A stretch of 63,099 nucleotides of DNA, filler included, from Kipferlia bialata (taxonomy: Eukaryota): assembly GCA_003568945.1 (NCBI GenBank). It is 4 parts of 4 records of this genome, joined end to end, with 100 filler letters (N's around TTAATTAATTAA, not from the genome) between each part and the next. Parts side by side here need not be neighbours in the genome. Positions count along the whole stretch, not along the records: positions 22,745 to 45,374 come from BDIP01000287.1; 3 more parts are not named here. One strand, written 5' to 3'. Positions 22,850 through 35,505 of the stretch are shown here, in pieces. Both the position numbers and the translations under genes were made by a program. Under the pieces are notes generated by a model that saw only the letters and a program-made list of their open reading frames with translations, was not told where the DNA came from and made no database searches. Positions within the stretch are counted from its first letter, which is position 1, and each line of letters begins with the position of its first letter.

Positions 22850-25800
22850 GCGATGCCGTACAAGACCCGTAGGGTGGTGCCTACGTCCGATAGGATATCC
22901 ATGGCCATCATCGGGCAGTCCAAGCCCAGGAGACCCCTGGCTGGGATACCTCCCCAGCCCACAGACGAGAGAGCCATCGAGAGAGAGAGACTAAGGGAGG
23001 TGCGGCACCGTGCGTACAATGCCTCCCATGCCCAGCAGCGGGACAGACTCACTCTGGTGCCCAGGGCCATGCCTCTGTCACGCACCCTGCCCATGCCGCC
23101 TAGAGAGCCAAGGAAGGGCACGGCCAGACCCAAGGCCTCTGCCAGGGGGAGGGATGGCTCCAGACTGTCCTCCTCTCTCTCCGGTAAGGCCCCCTCCGCT
23201 GCCTCTAGCCGCACTGCATCCAGACCTGCCTCTGGTGCATACTCATCCACTGGCAGGGGGACAGCCTCTAGGGGGGCAGTGTCTAGAGGGGTACGGCACG
23301 GGAGGAGGGGGGAGGAGGAGGAGTTTGACCTTCAGACCCTTCTGGACACAGACCCAGCCAGGGCCCTGCAACTGCACCTCAGCGGCATGACAAGGTAGGG
23401 ATGGAGATAGTAGGGATATAGATAAGCGTAGGGATGGGGTTAGGGGGATCCTGGGGGCTGATAACCGAGCAGGAGAGATTATACAGCACATTCTGATCGC
23501 CTTGCAGTATACTCTCACCCCCCTCTATTGATTAGTGTTGACTGTGCAGGCGTGTGCTGGAGTGTACGTCTGACATGGATGTAGGGAGGGGTGACGTGGT
23601 GTGTGGGCCCCTCTCTGCCAGACTGGCCTCCCCAGACCCTGACCCAGGCACCAGTGCACGTACTATGCCTGGTGATGCGGCTCTCCCCCTCAGGGCACCC
23701 AGGACCAGGTCCAGCCACATAGCCCATCTACCCCCTAGGGACAGGTCTGCCAGGAGTGCTGCAGTGCGTGCCCCCTCCCCCGCTGTGCCGGGTCTGGTAG
23801 GCACCCACATCTCCAGCCCTGCCTCTGCCGGTGGAGAGAGGGGTAGCAGGGACAGGACAGGCCACCTGTGGCACCTGCACCTGGGGAGACTGCATGCCGC
23901 CATGCTGCACTCCCAAGATATGGCACTGAGGCAGGACCCCTCCCCCTCCCTGGCCTCCTTTGACTGTGATGCTGGATATGTGGGGGACGCCCCCTTCTCG
24001 GCCTATGGCCCCATGGACACTGCCGACTCATGCCTCCCCGCCCTGCGGTTTGTGACAGAGAGGCTGGGGGACGTCCCCTCCCTCCCCCCCGACCTCTCTC
24101 TGCTGCTGGTGCTGGGTCTGTGTGGCCTGGCAGTGCAGGCTGGGGGCACTCTCAGGCAGTGCTCCCTGCTGCTGCTCTGCAGGGCTGTCTCTGCTAGGCC
24201 GTCTCTGCTGACACTGAAGGGGACTGGCCTGGCATTCAGGAGGGTGTATGTGGGGGCTGTCCTCCCCACCCTCCAGAGCACATCAAAGGGTCAGGCATCC
24301 ACCAGTAAGGGTAGCAGGGGAGGCCCCCTAGGCATCAGCGTGTCGATGGTGGAGGGGGGTGTGCCTGTGCCTGTGTCTGCCAGGGTGGACAGTGGCAGGG
24401 GGGAGGCAAGGGCCAAGGCAGGCACCCGCCCCCCCCTGACGCCCTCCCAACTGGTCAGGATGGAGGTGCTGGGGCTGGGATGTGCACTGGCAGGGGCAGG
24501 TCTAGTGCCCGTCTCTGCCCTGCCCCTGCCCCTTCCCCTCTCTCTCCCTCCCCCACCCCTGGCCCCCTGTCATGCCATACACATACCCCCAAACCACCAG
24601 GGCCTGGTCTCCTCTCTCTCCCTCTCCCTGGATGTGCCTAGAGAGGCATTGGTGGGTGTTAGTAGGAGGGTAATCCTCACCCTCAGCCTAGATGGACAGG
24701 GTACTAGACAGGCCGTCAAGGGTAGGCAGGTCAGGGTGATGGTGTTCAGAGGCGTGGCAGGGGCTGGGCAGACCCTGTCCCCCTCCCCCTCTGTGACTGA
24801 TAGTGATGATGGGATGAGGCTGTCCCTGGCAGAGCACAGTGACGGGGACACACCCTTAGACGTCGAGGCCTCTGATGACACCCTGGCTGACATGGCCCTG
24901 TCCCACCACCAGACAGGTGCTGCACCGGTAGTGTGGAGCCACCCTCACCCTGGGGTGGAGGTGTATGGGGTGGTGGATGTGCTGGAAGTGCCCATAGACC
25001 TCTACCCCACGCAGCGCAGGGTCAGCGTGATGGTGGTGGCTGCCTCAGCCCCCGATGCCCCTGGGTCCTCCCCCTCTGCCCCCCCTCTCTCCCTGGGTGT
25101 GTCCCTTAGGAAGTGGCAGGACACAGACAGACAGCCAGCACCCTCGATGACAGCGCCTCAGGTGGGGATACCTCTCTCGATGTCGATGAATCTCTCTCTA
25201 ACAATATCTCAACATGCCTCACCCCCCAGGCCGTGACTAGAGGTAGACAGCGTGTGAAGCAGCGCATCAAGCGGTGTGCCGTCAGTATCAACGACAGTCT
25301 CTTCAAGACACAGCCCGAGGAGGGGGGCAAGGGTGTGGTGTGGAGTGCGCCTAGGTGGAAGCCCCACTGCATCGCCCTGGCCAACCCGACCTCTGCCCAG
25401 TCGATCAGGGCCAGGCACAAGGACTCCATGGGCATGTATCAGCCAATGCCCGTGGGCCAGGCCATGTCTACCCCTGGGGGTATGGGTATGGGTGTGGGTG
25501 TGGGTATGGGTGGACACATGGGTGCTGGGCTGGGCACTCCCATACAACAGTCAGACAGCATACCAGGCACACAGTACCAGGGCGAGGCCTCTCTCCCTAT
25601 GGGGGATGGGGTGGGTGTCGTCTCTGCCCCTGCCACGAGACAGACAGGGAGGCAGGGGTCGAGACAGGGGTCGAGGGGGTCCAACCACAGGGGCCCACCC
25701 CCCACCCGCAGCTGTCTGGCCCCCCTGATAGACAGTGATGACGAGGCTGAGGCTGTCTCTGCGGCACAGAGGCTGGACCAGAGGGAGAGGAGTGTGCAGG

Positions 25801-26363
25801 AGGAGAGAGAGGCAGAGAGACAGCGGGAGAGAGAGAGAGAGGAGGAGGAGGAGGCCACGGCCCGCAGCGCCACTGCCTTCCTCACCCAGTCCAGACCCAC
25901 TAGTAAGGGCAAGGCTAAGGGGAAGGGAAGGGCCAGGAGCAGTCAGAGCAGAAGGCCCAAGAGAGGCAGTAGCGTGGGAAAGAGCAGGAGTGCCAAGGGG
26001 AGGAGCAGGCGGTCCCTCACATCGTCTGCCTCTGCCTCCAGGGCACAGTCCCCAGACACCCATACCCATACCCAGAGGGAGGGCGTCACCCTGCCCCCCT
26101 CGGCCTTTGGGGATGGGGACCCCTTCCCAGCCAACCCAGCCACACAGACACAGGCACCCCTTGCTACCAATGACGACGGGTGGGGCAGTGACTCAGAGCC
26201 AGACACCGACCTCATACCCCCCAATGCTAGGACCCTGGGTGACGTGGGCATGGCTCTGTTTGAGGCTGCCTGTGATGTCTCGTGTGAGGCCACCTCATCC
26301 AACTCAGTCGCGGCTAAGAGTGCAGCAGGGTTTGTCGGGGGGTTGTTCGACGACCTCTTCTAA
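22850..26363 (+). CDS. Large hypothetical protein (~1100 aa) with low-complexity termini; 5' end possibly in gap
   Basis: ORFs 22853-23398, 23554-25236 and 25113-26363 are joined by introns ~23395-23549 and 25162-25229 (GTGGGG...CTCACCCCCCAG). An acceptor CTGACTGCTAG precedes 22850. The protein ends GGLFDDLF*. Confidence 0.75.
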
Positions 26364-26970
26364 GTTGTATTATTATTATGGTTTGTGGTCTTTCGTATCA
26401 ATGTTCTAGTTATGTGTATATTATGTATAAATCTGGAGTTCTCTTCCAGTCACTGTGAAGAGTGTTCTGCAGCATATGATAAAACAATTAGGTTAAAGTT
26501 AGCCTCAAGCCAACTAGAGAGTGAGCAGCTGAGATTGGAATATGGAACCTGTGGCTCGAAGTTTGAGATGAGCAACAAACAATATACTGTAAAAAGGGTT
26601 TATTAGCGTGTCTAGCCTTGAGTATTGACCATCGGCTCTTCACTATCTGACTGGAGTGTAAGTGCGGTCCCGGGACTCAGGGCTGACGGTGCTGAACTTC
26701 AGCAGCTGAATATTCAGTTTTTGAAAGAAGGGTTAGAAGAGAGCCGGGTAAGCCGCATACTGACTCCCTTCGAGATTCAGGGCACTCATGGTTGTCATAT
26801 CCTTTCTTGGCGGCGCCCCTGGGTGGCATGGTATGTATACTGATACTATACTGGTTCTGACGTCGCTGTTGCCTCTAGTATTGCTTGGAGGGGCTCTTCT
26901 GTCCTCGTATACACTCGATACTGATACTGATACTGATACACTCTTTAAGCACTGCTTTGCTCTAATCACA

Positions 26971-27553
26971 GGGCTTTACCATCCTGTACCTCGTGTACAA
27001 GAAATGTGAACCGGGGGGATACAAGGTTGTGATAGGGGTGACAGACGGCAAGGAGACAGACGAGAATGAAGTACCTCTGTACTTCAAGAACAAGTATCAT
27101 GATCACACTGTGGTCCAGTTCCACTGCTGGAGGGATGGGTCCAAGCACCGTGTCCTCCCTGATGAGTACAGCCGGTACACTCCCAAGCAGTTGGAGGATG
27201 TGCTCAGATGCTGGATGGCTGATGTTCACGAGGTACTCGTCTCTTCATTCCTATCTCATCCATCACCTATCTCTGACCCCTAGCGGGATCCTCGGACCCG
27301 CTGTGTCACCAAGGAAGTCGAGAGGGGTCACCTTACCAAGGGCTGCAAGGATGGCTCCCACGAGACCATTATGGTAGTTACCACTCCCGATGGCCTCACC
27401 CCCCCAGAGAGGTACCCGTCTCTGGCACATATTCTGGACCATGCCGTCACCCAGTTGTCCACCACCCCTTCTGTGCCTGAAGGTGTCCGGTCGTTTAGTT
27501 TGAAAAGCTGTGACCATCGCCTCTTCATCTGTCACTATCTGCTCCGTGGGGCC
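26971..27553 (+). CDS. Hypothetical coding exons upstream of, and in frame with, the large membrane protein
   Basis: Exon 26971-27231 (GFTILYLVYKKCEPGGYKVVIG...WMADVHE) splices in phase to 27283 (RDPRTRCVTKEVERG...) using canonical acceptors CTAATCACAG and CTGACCCCTAG. Start is unclear. Confidence 0.5.
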
Positions 27554-30500
27554 ATGCTGGGCCGTATACGTATGCACGCGGTGTTGATCGTGTTGTGTTC
27601 TGTGATTTGTGTGTCTTTTGCGGTTGAGAACACGGACCCTGGGACTCTGGCGCAGACAGGCCTTCTCGAGCATAGACACACTCTGTCACCTGTGATCAAG
27701 GACAGTCCTGCCTCCACCTCCCCTGCTGACTTCACCCCCGTCTCTCTCCAACCTGCCACCGCTGAAGGTATTCCTATTCTATACATATGGCTACACTACC
27801 TGCCTCTATTTCTCTGACAAGTGTCATCCCACTCTGATTGTCAGGTGCTCAAGCAGGCTTCTCTGTCTCCAGTGATGGCAAGTGGTTGGCGGTGGGTGCC
27901 CCCTATGAGAGTGGAGACAATGGCCGGGTGTACATCTACGAGTGGACAGCCACCCCTACCGGTGAGGACTGGACACTCCACACCACCCTCAACCCCCCCG
28001 CATTCTCCCTCGACTACTACCCCCCTAAGTTTGGCACCTCAGTGGCCCTTGCCGGTACTCATCTGGCAGTCGGAATCCCAGACCTGCACTGTCAGAACCC
28101 GTCCTCGTACAGACACTATCACAGTGGGGGTGTGGTCACATACGAGCTGTCAGGAGACACCTGGGAGTACCTGACTCATATCTCTGGCCACCAGTGTGCC
28201 ACTGAGTACGCTGGGTCTAAGATGGTCATGCAGGGTGATGCACTACTGCACTCAGGGTGGGACCGCACCTGGGTGTCCTTCTACTCCGGCGGGACATGGG
28301 GGCCTGCCATCACCTTCTCAGAGGAGTGCACCAACTATCCAGACATCGACATGCAGGTGTCACTGTCCGTATCACTGTCAGTATCACTGTCATCATATGA
28401 TGCATATGTGTATATCATACCAGTTACTGACACATTAGGGCGACTGGGCAGTTATTGCGTGTGCATATGAAAAATGGGTAGCCATATACGACACGACCGA
28501 ACCAGAGTGGTCCTCTACCCCTTTCCAGGTACTATCCTTTTACCGCCTTTACACCTTTGGGTACTGGCATACATATGATAACTCCACTATATCACTACAC
28601 TGTGTCCAATGAGTCCAGGTTCTCTCCATGAATGCCTGGCCCTCCACATCTAGTTGGTGGGACCCTAACCAGGTGTCTGTAGCTGTGGATGGCACGGGAG
28701 ACACGCCTCGTCTCGTAGTCTCCCAGGGATATAAGCCCCCATACACAGCAGAAGTCTTCTCTCTCAAGATGACCGAGGACCCACCCCACTGGACCGTCGA
28801 CCAGGTGCTGGACACGGAGCAGATCGAGGACGCCGGGTTCAGAGGCGGCACCATGGTGCTCTGTACCGATGAGAGGGTGGGCATGTACACACTGTCTGAG
28901 CAGGAGACGTGGGAGCTGGGATACTCCTTCACGCCCCAGCTTAACAACGACATCGGCCAGGTATGAGTCGTGCTCACACACCACTCTATGATGCAACAAG
29001 TATCTGCAGTATTCAGTCCTTCTCTACTCCCCAGGTCCAGTGGAACGACGTTGGTCTGTTTGTTGGTGCCCCCCACCTCAACCTCGACTCCACCCCCAAC
29101 ACTGGAGGAGTCCAAGTGTTCTCTGCGGCCTCCATCTGCCTTGTGGAGACGGACGTAGATGCCAACACCAGCACTCTAAATGGTTTCTCTTCCAGTGTGT
29201 CTGTAGAGAGCGAAGTAAGTGAATATAGTACACACAATCCATTCAAGGCACTTCTTCCCACCTGCTTCTGTATTTCTTTGGACCTGTCTCCAGCTACTGT
29301 GTGCTCAATCTTTGCTCACCCCAGGTGTCTGTGTCCGTGACGCTTTGCACCTCAGCCGGCACCGCATACCCACTTGAGATGAGCGTGGTGGTTGTGTATG
29401 AGGCCTCACAGGCACAGTGCGAGTGGGGCAGCGGCAGCACATACTCATGCCCCATGTCCTTTACAGACACCGCCCGTGACTCATATGAGGTATCGAGTCC
29501 CCTTAAGCGTTTGAACCATACTAGTATGTCCTATTGTCCGGATTTCCTCTCACTTCAGGTCCTTGTGGGATGCCTCGGCTCCCCTCCTGTGTCATTCATG
29601 TCGGGCACTGTGGAAGTGGTGCCTGGTGCATTTGACCTTGCTGCAACCCAGGTGTGGCTAGTACTATGCATAAGTGCACCCAAAGACACATGGCATACTC
29701 AACACTGATGTCATTATGTCTAGTTGTCATTGATCACTGTCTCTGTTCACATTGGCTACTGACAACTCCAGACACACTATCTCACTGTCTTCACTGGTGC
29801 AGCTGAGACTGTTCCTCAGTCAGTGACTACAGACAATGATGTCACTGTGGTGCTTAAGGTGAGTCAGAATGTCTCGCAGAGCCTGTCTTCCATCCATATG
29901 TGAGTCCCCCATCTAGTCTCATATATAGTCTCATACAGGTCTTCGACCGCCTCGGCAACCGCATCCTCACTAGGCCTGACTCTCTCTACTTCTCTGCCAT
30001 TATCACCGGGCCAGTCACTCCTGCGGTCCCCCTTTGGTCAGGTATACCTATGTGAATTATTCCATAGCCAAATATATGTCACATAACATTTCGCACATCT
30101 CGTAAATTGCAGTCGTTGTTTCTTTTCACTGACCTGCAGGACCTGCAGCATGGTCTACAGACGAGGCAGCATATCTAATCGGACAAGGTGAGTACTGCTT
30201 TCTGTTTGTGTTTTAATGACAAGATCTTGGGAACATCTGCCTCGGCACGGAAGAACCGTACTATTGTAATGCTGTAGACTATAGCGTATATCATCTCCAC
30301 AACGCACTGATTCTCAGCCAGTGACAGTATCCGCCTTCTAGTCCCTGGTGTGCACAGTGTGGTGTTCAGAGACAGCACCGACCCGTCGTCCTCCGTTACT
30401 CTGAGTCTTGACGTGTCACATGGAGTGCCGTCCTTCATCACCTCCATGCTATCGCCTCTCTCTGCGCCTGCCGGGACTATTACCGGTGTGACAGTGGTGC

Positions 30501-33500
30501 CCTTTGACGCTGCGGGCAATGAGATCACCACAGATATAGTGGCCCAGGTGAGTCTAGACGCTCTTGATCCAGCAGCAGCAGAGGTGCCATACACAGACGG
30601 TGTCGGATTCCAGACCTCACTCTCCCTTCCCACGAAGGCGGGTCCCAACAGGGTGCTGGTATCGATCAGTGGGGACGGGGTAGACGGTAGTCCAATCTTG
30701 GACTTGGAGCTCTATGTTCTGGCAGGTCAGTTACTACTCTCTTCACGATTGCATGATCACAGATGCATCGATGCCCTGTCCTAACCCCAGACACACCGCA
30801 TGGCATTGACGTGGAAGGTGTCCTGGCTCTTAGTCACCAGGACGAGACTGCATCCCTGTATCTGTCCTTCACCCTAACCGACGCATATGACAACGACTTC
30901 TACACAGGGACCCCAACCTACCTGTATGTCACGGCAGAGGGCGAGGGGACCAAGACTCTGTGCACATACTCCGATGGCCTGTACCACGTGGCCAGGCCCC
31001 TGGGGGCAGTGGGTACCGGCACGCATGGCGTCACTGTGACATGGGGTGAGACAGGCAGCGTCAGTGACTCCGTCACGGTCGGTGCCATTCTGTCTGCAGA
31101 TGTCACCTCTGCGCGTGTCATCACCCCCAGACCCAGCGTCATGGAGCAGGTGAGTGCTGCTCCCAGTTCATTCCAATATGTATCTTGATAGTGCTATACA
31201 TGGTGCAGTGCCATACTCGCTACCCCACCATCCTCACCTTTAGGTCACTGTGTACGTGTCTCTCTTTGACGCCTCTGCAACCCTCTACCCCTCCCCGGTA
31301 GAGGTGGGTGTTGAGTGGGAGGGCCAGTACGCGGAGTGCGTCCACAGCATAGGGGACCATGCATACGTCTGCTCGATGGTGTTTGAGGAGGAGACTACCA
31401 CATCCTTCACGGTATGCCCTATTGACATAGCAATACAGGATGCTCCTCCATCTACTTCCATATTAACGACAGATAGCAGTATCTGAGCCCAGAGGGGAGA
31501 GATGCTATACCTTGTTGACCGAAAGTATCTCTCTCGCCAACGCCGGTTATGATGCCTCCCTGACCCGGGTGAGTCTTCGTGAAATCAGTATTGGTACCTC
31601 GTCGAATAGCACCCCCAAGCACTCCACGACTGTGTCTTACCTACAGCTTCACCATTCCAACAACCCCTTGACCACATCCCCTGCAACACCAACCGCGGGA
31701 TCACCATTCACAGTCATACTTCAGGTAAGTGAGACATAGAAGAATTGAACTCTTAGGCTTCATATTCCATCTGGGTTTTGGACATATTCTCATGTCTAGC
31801 TGTATGACGTGTATGGGAATGTCATTCTGGAGGAACCAGCGGGGACCTCGTTTACCGCGCGTATAGTGTCGAGGGAGTCCTCTGCTGATGTTGTGTTTGA
31901 GGGGCCCATGTCATGGTCCACACAGTACCAGGGGCACACAACAGGTGGGGTATTGTACTGTGTCCCCATCAACCCACCCCGTGCCACCCCCACCACCCCC
32001 TGACCCACCAGGATACATCACCATCAGTGACTTGACCCTGCTAGGGGACTCATTCGATGTCACGTTCCTGAGCACAGACGATACTCCCATCGAGACATCC
32101 CTGTTTGTAGTGCCTAGTGTGCCTGTTCTGTCCACCTCCTCCATATCCAGCCTCGATGGCGCCGTTGGTGACCATCTCACAGTCACTGCCGTACTGCGTG
32201 ACCAGTATGGGAACGAGGTGGCTGATGTATCGACGAGGATGGCCTTCGACAGTCCAGACCCTGCTGCGGTGGCAGTGACACACACAGCCGGTCTGGGTTA
32301 TAGACACTCTCTCACCTTGCCTACGGTGGCTGGAGATCACCATCTCTTCGTCACCCTCTCTGGCGGTAGTCTGGAGTCCCCTACCGACATAGTCTTCACC
32401 ACTCATGTCACGCCTGGTGTATCCTCAATGCTCAGCGTTGCCTCTGACTTCCTGGTACAGGGACAGGTCTCCACGGTCTCTTTCTCTGTCACAGATGCAC
32501 ATGGGAACCCAGACACCCAGGAGCACGAGATATGGTTCTATGTCGTTAGCGCTGGGTACGACTCAAGGACACAGTGCACTCGAACTGTGACTGCAGAGGG
32601 TGTGGTCTACAGTGCTGAGGTGGACATGGCAGACCATGGGGTGGGGGTGCATGATGTCAGGGCCGTTCTAAGTAGTGGCGTAACATGCGAGGGGGTGTTC
32701 ACCGTGACCCAGCTGCTCTCGGCCGAGAATAGTACTACTCCAACAGGGCTTAGTCTGGTGGCCGGAGAAACGGTAAGCTTTTCCCTTTCTGGTCACAAGG
32801 ACATATATCTCTCTTTGGGTCATTTCTTTTAACCGCAGACATCAGTGGAGGTGGTTGTCTCTGACACTTTGGGCCAAGCTTACACCTCCCCGGTGCGTGT
32901 CACCGTGACATGTGAGGGCACGCAGTCCTTGTGTGTCTACTTCAACGACCCCAGCGGGGAGGGTGTCTTCTACTCCTGCCCTCTGTCAGCGTCAGACACA
33001 GCCACAACAACGTACCAGGCATGACCATGCTCACTGTGTGGAGTCCACAGTATCATAGTCTGGACCTCTTGACGGTGTCTCTCACCCCAGGTGTTTGTGG
33101 CCCCTGCGACTGACTCAGCAGCGGGAACGCTACTCACCGCTGGTACGGTGGAGGTGTCTCCCGCTGTAGTGAGCGGGACGCAGACGCAGGTATTATAGAG
33201 GCGTAATCAAAGTCGATAGGTAACATTATTATTACCATTACCTAGTTTCCAACCTCAGGTCATGTATGACAGTACAATGAACTCCGTGGCCCTGACAGAG
33301 CCGTCAGAGCCAGTGGCGGAGCAAGGGTTTGCTGTGATACTAGAGGTGGGAACAAGGAACTGCTAAGTGTCAGAGCAGTGATACTACCCCTACTAACCAT
33401 TGTGTATGGTATATGGGTGGGCAAGGAACACAATAACTGGTTAAGTATTGCTTCTTACTGATATATCTTCTCACAAAAGGCCTTTGATGCCTTTGGCAAC

Positions 33501-34203
33501 CCTGTTTTGGAGGACCCTTCTCTTAGTGTCACAGCTAGAGTGAGTTCCCAGACAAGCACTGTCCCACTCTGGACAGGGGATGCCTCCTGGGATGCACAGA
33601 AGGCAGGGTTTGTCACAGGTAGGGGCAGCACACAACTGTAAACCGTACTGTTGTAGTAATTCCTGCAAGCGTATGCATCATTCACTCACCACAGCGTCTA
33701 CCGGCATTACTCTACAGGAATCGGGGACCTACTCGGTCACCTTCACCATTCTGGGTGGGCCCGATCAGGACGCATCTGCCTCTGATACCGTGAGTGTCTA
33801 TGTAATAGTGGCTGAGGCAGAAGAGGAAGTGGATCCTGAGCCAGAGCCTGAGCCGGTGCCGGTGCCCGAGGGACAGTCTTTCACCCCAATGGACATGGTG
33901 TTGATGGGTATGGTAGGGACTCTCCTCCTCAGCCTAGGTGTCACGTGTTGCTGCTGTTGGCGGGTACAGATGCGAACGCAGAAGGCTTTTGCCCGTCTGA
34001 CAAGCGCAAACCCTGGTAACAAGGTACATCAATCAAAAGTATAAACCTCTTTACGTTAAGTGACCCGCTAGGACACCACCGCTATTGATACTGTTGTGCC
34101 CCTTCCACAGGCTGTGGAGCAGCCGGGGGTCATGATGATAGGCCACATGGTCCAGTCCGGCCAAGAACAGCGAGGGGTTCTACCAGGGACAGTATACCCC
34201 TGA
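27554..34203 (+). CDS. Giant type-I membrane protein: signal peptide, FG-GAP beta-propeller, about 9-10 invasin/filamin-like Ig repeats, TM helix, short tail
   Basis: Signal MLGRIRMHAVLIVLCSVICVSFA. FG-GAP repeats AGFSVSSDGKWLAVGAPYE..GRVYIY, KFGTSVALAGTHLAVGIP and LFVGAP....GGVQVF. Repeated D.xGN motifs (FDRLGN, FDAAGN, TDAYDN, YDVYGN, RDQYGN, TDAHGN, FDAFGN). An (EP)n linker precedes TM MVLMGMVGTLLLSLGVTCCCCW; stop 34201-34203. Confidence 0.85.
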
Positions 34204-34365
34204 GCTCTGCTGTGTAAGAGAGAAAGAGTGTGTTTGTGTGTTATCTCTTGAGCCCAATAGAATATGAACAGAAAGATATAATATTGGGATTGTTTGATCA
34301 CCTATTCTAGCGATTATAGAATAATCATGATTTTACTATGATCATCATAGTTAGTACTCTGGTTA

Positions 34366-35505
34366 ATGCTTAGCCCAGAGGCAGAGGGGTTAGTCTCCGG
34401 CATCAACGGGGTCCGTCTCCTCCCCCTCCCCCAGGACACCCTCTCTCTCTCCCTGGAGCACCAGGCCAAGTACTTCCAGGTCGAGGAGTACAACGGGGAT
34501 GTGCGCAGTCTCTACAGACTTGCAGGTACTGTCATTGCCTGTGCTGATAGCATCCAGCTATCCCTGAGAGCGGTAGGGGATACAGTGGACATGGGTGTGT
34601 GTGAGGGTGTCCAGAGGGAGAGTCAGGCTCTGCTACAGACCCTGGCTAGACTAGCACCCCAGCAGAGAGAGGCACTGGAACTGGTCCGGGAGTACGAGGT
34701 AGGATAATATCTAGCTCTTTCTCTCTCTCTCTCTCTCTCTCTCCCTCTCCCGTCCTCTCTCTAGCACTGTATATATATGAACCTATATGCCTATTGTCCT
34801 AACCCTTAGGGGACCCCAACTGTCACCCCCTCTGACATTGAGTGCGCAGAGTATGATGTGTCTGTGGCAGAGGTGGCAGCTAGGAACCCAAGGTATACAT
34901 ATGTACATATACGTATATATATATATATGTGTGTGTGTATACATATACATACCGAGGAACATATGTATAACTGCGGTCACTGTGTATATATTGTGAATGA
35001 TGTATATGTATTGTGGGTAGAGTATGATGTACCTGATTGGGATACCCAAGGTGAGGGGACATATGGTATCTCTCTCTCAGTCATAATCTCAGATAATACT
35101 CTGTTCTCACCATTCTCTCCTCAATAACCCGCTATAGTGTTCATCTGATGCTTCGGATTGGTAGAGTATTTCCACACTCATCTGTGTGATACCTTTCCCA
35201 CCTATGGATGTGTACTATACCCATACGAACAACTGTATAATAAGATAGCTGCAGTCGCTCCCTTACCCGCCAGGCTTAGTGAGCAACAGAAGACACAGAG
35301 TGCCAGGCATGTCAGGGCACTCCAGAAGAAGGTGGTGTGCAGCCCCTTTAGTACAGTGTACATCTGTGTATTGGGCAGTATATGGAAACTGTACTGTCTA
35401 CTCCTACTAGACCCTCCACACCCTCTCCCTAACCATAGGTCAGTGACCTCAAGCGCTCCCAGGCCACTAGACAGAGACTTGCTGACAAGATGCGGCAGTT
35501 CCTAG
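34366..35505 (+). CDS. Hypothetical coiled-coil protein; 3' end uncertain (may extend to ~35790)
   Basis: Exon 34366-34698 (MLSPEAEGLVSG...LVREYE), then exons AVAPLPARLSEQQKTQSARHVRALQKK and VSDLKRSQATRQRLADKMRQFL with canonical splice sites. Confidence 0.55.

Noticed and set aside
21408..26409. Many long antisense and alternative-frame ORFs
   Set aside because: Shadows of GC-rich coding exons with no independent motifs.
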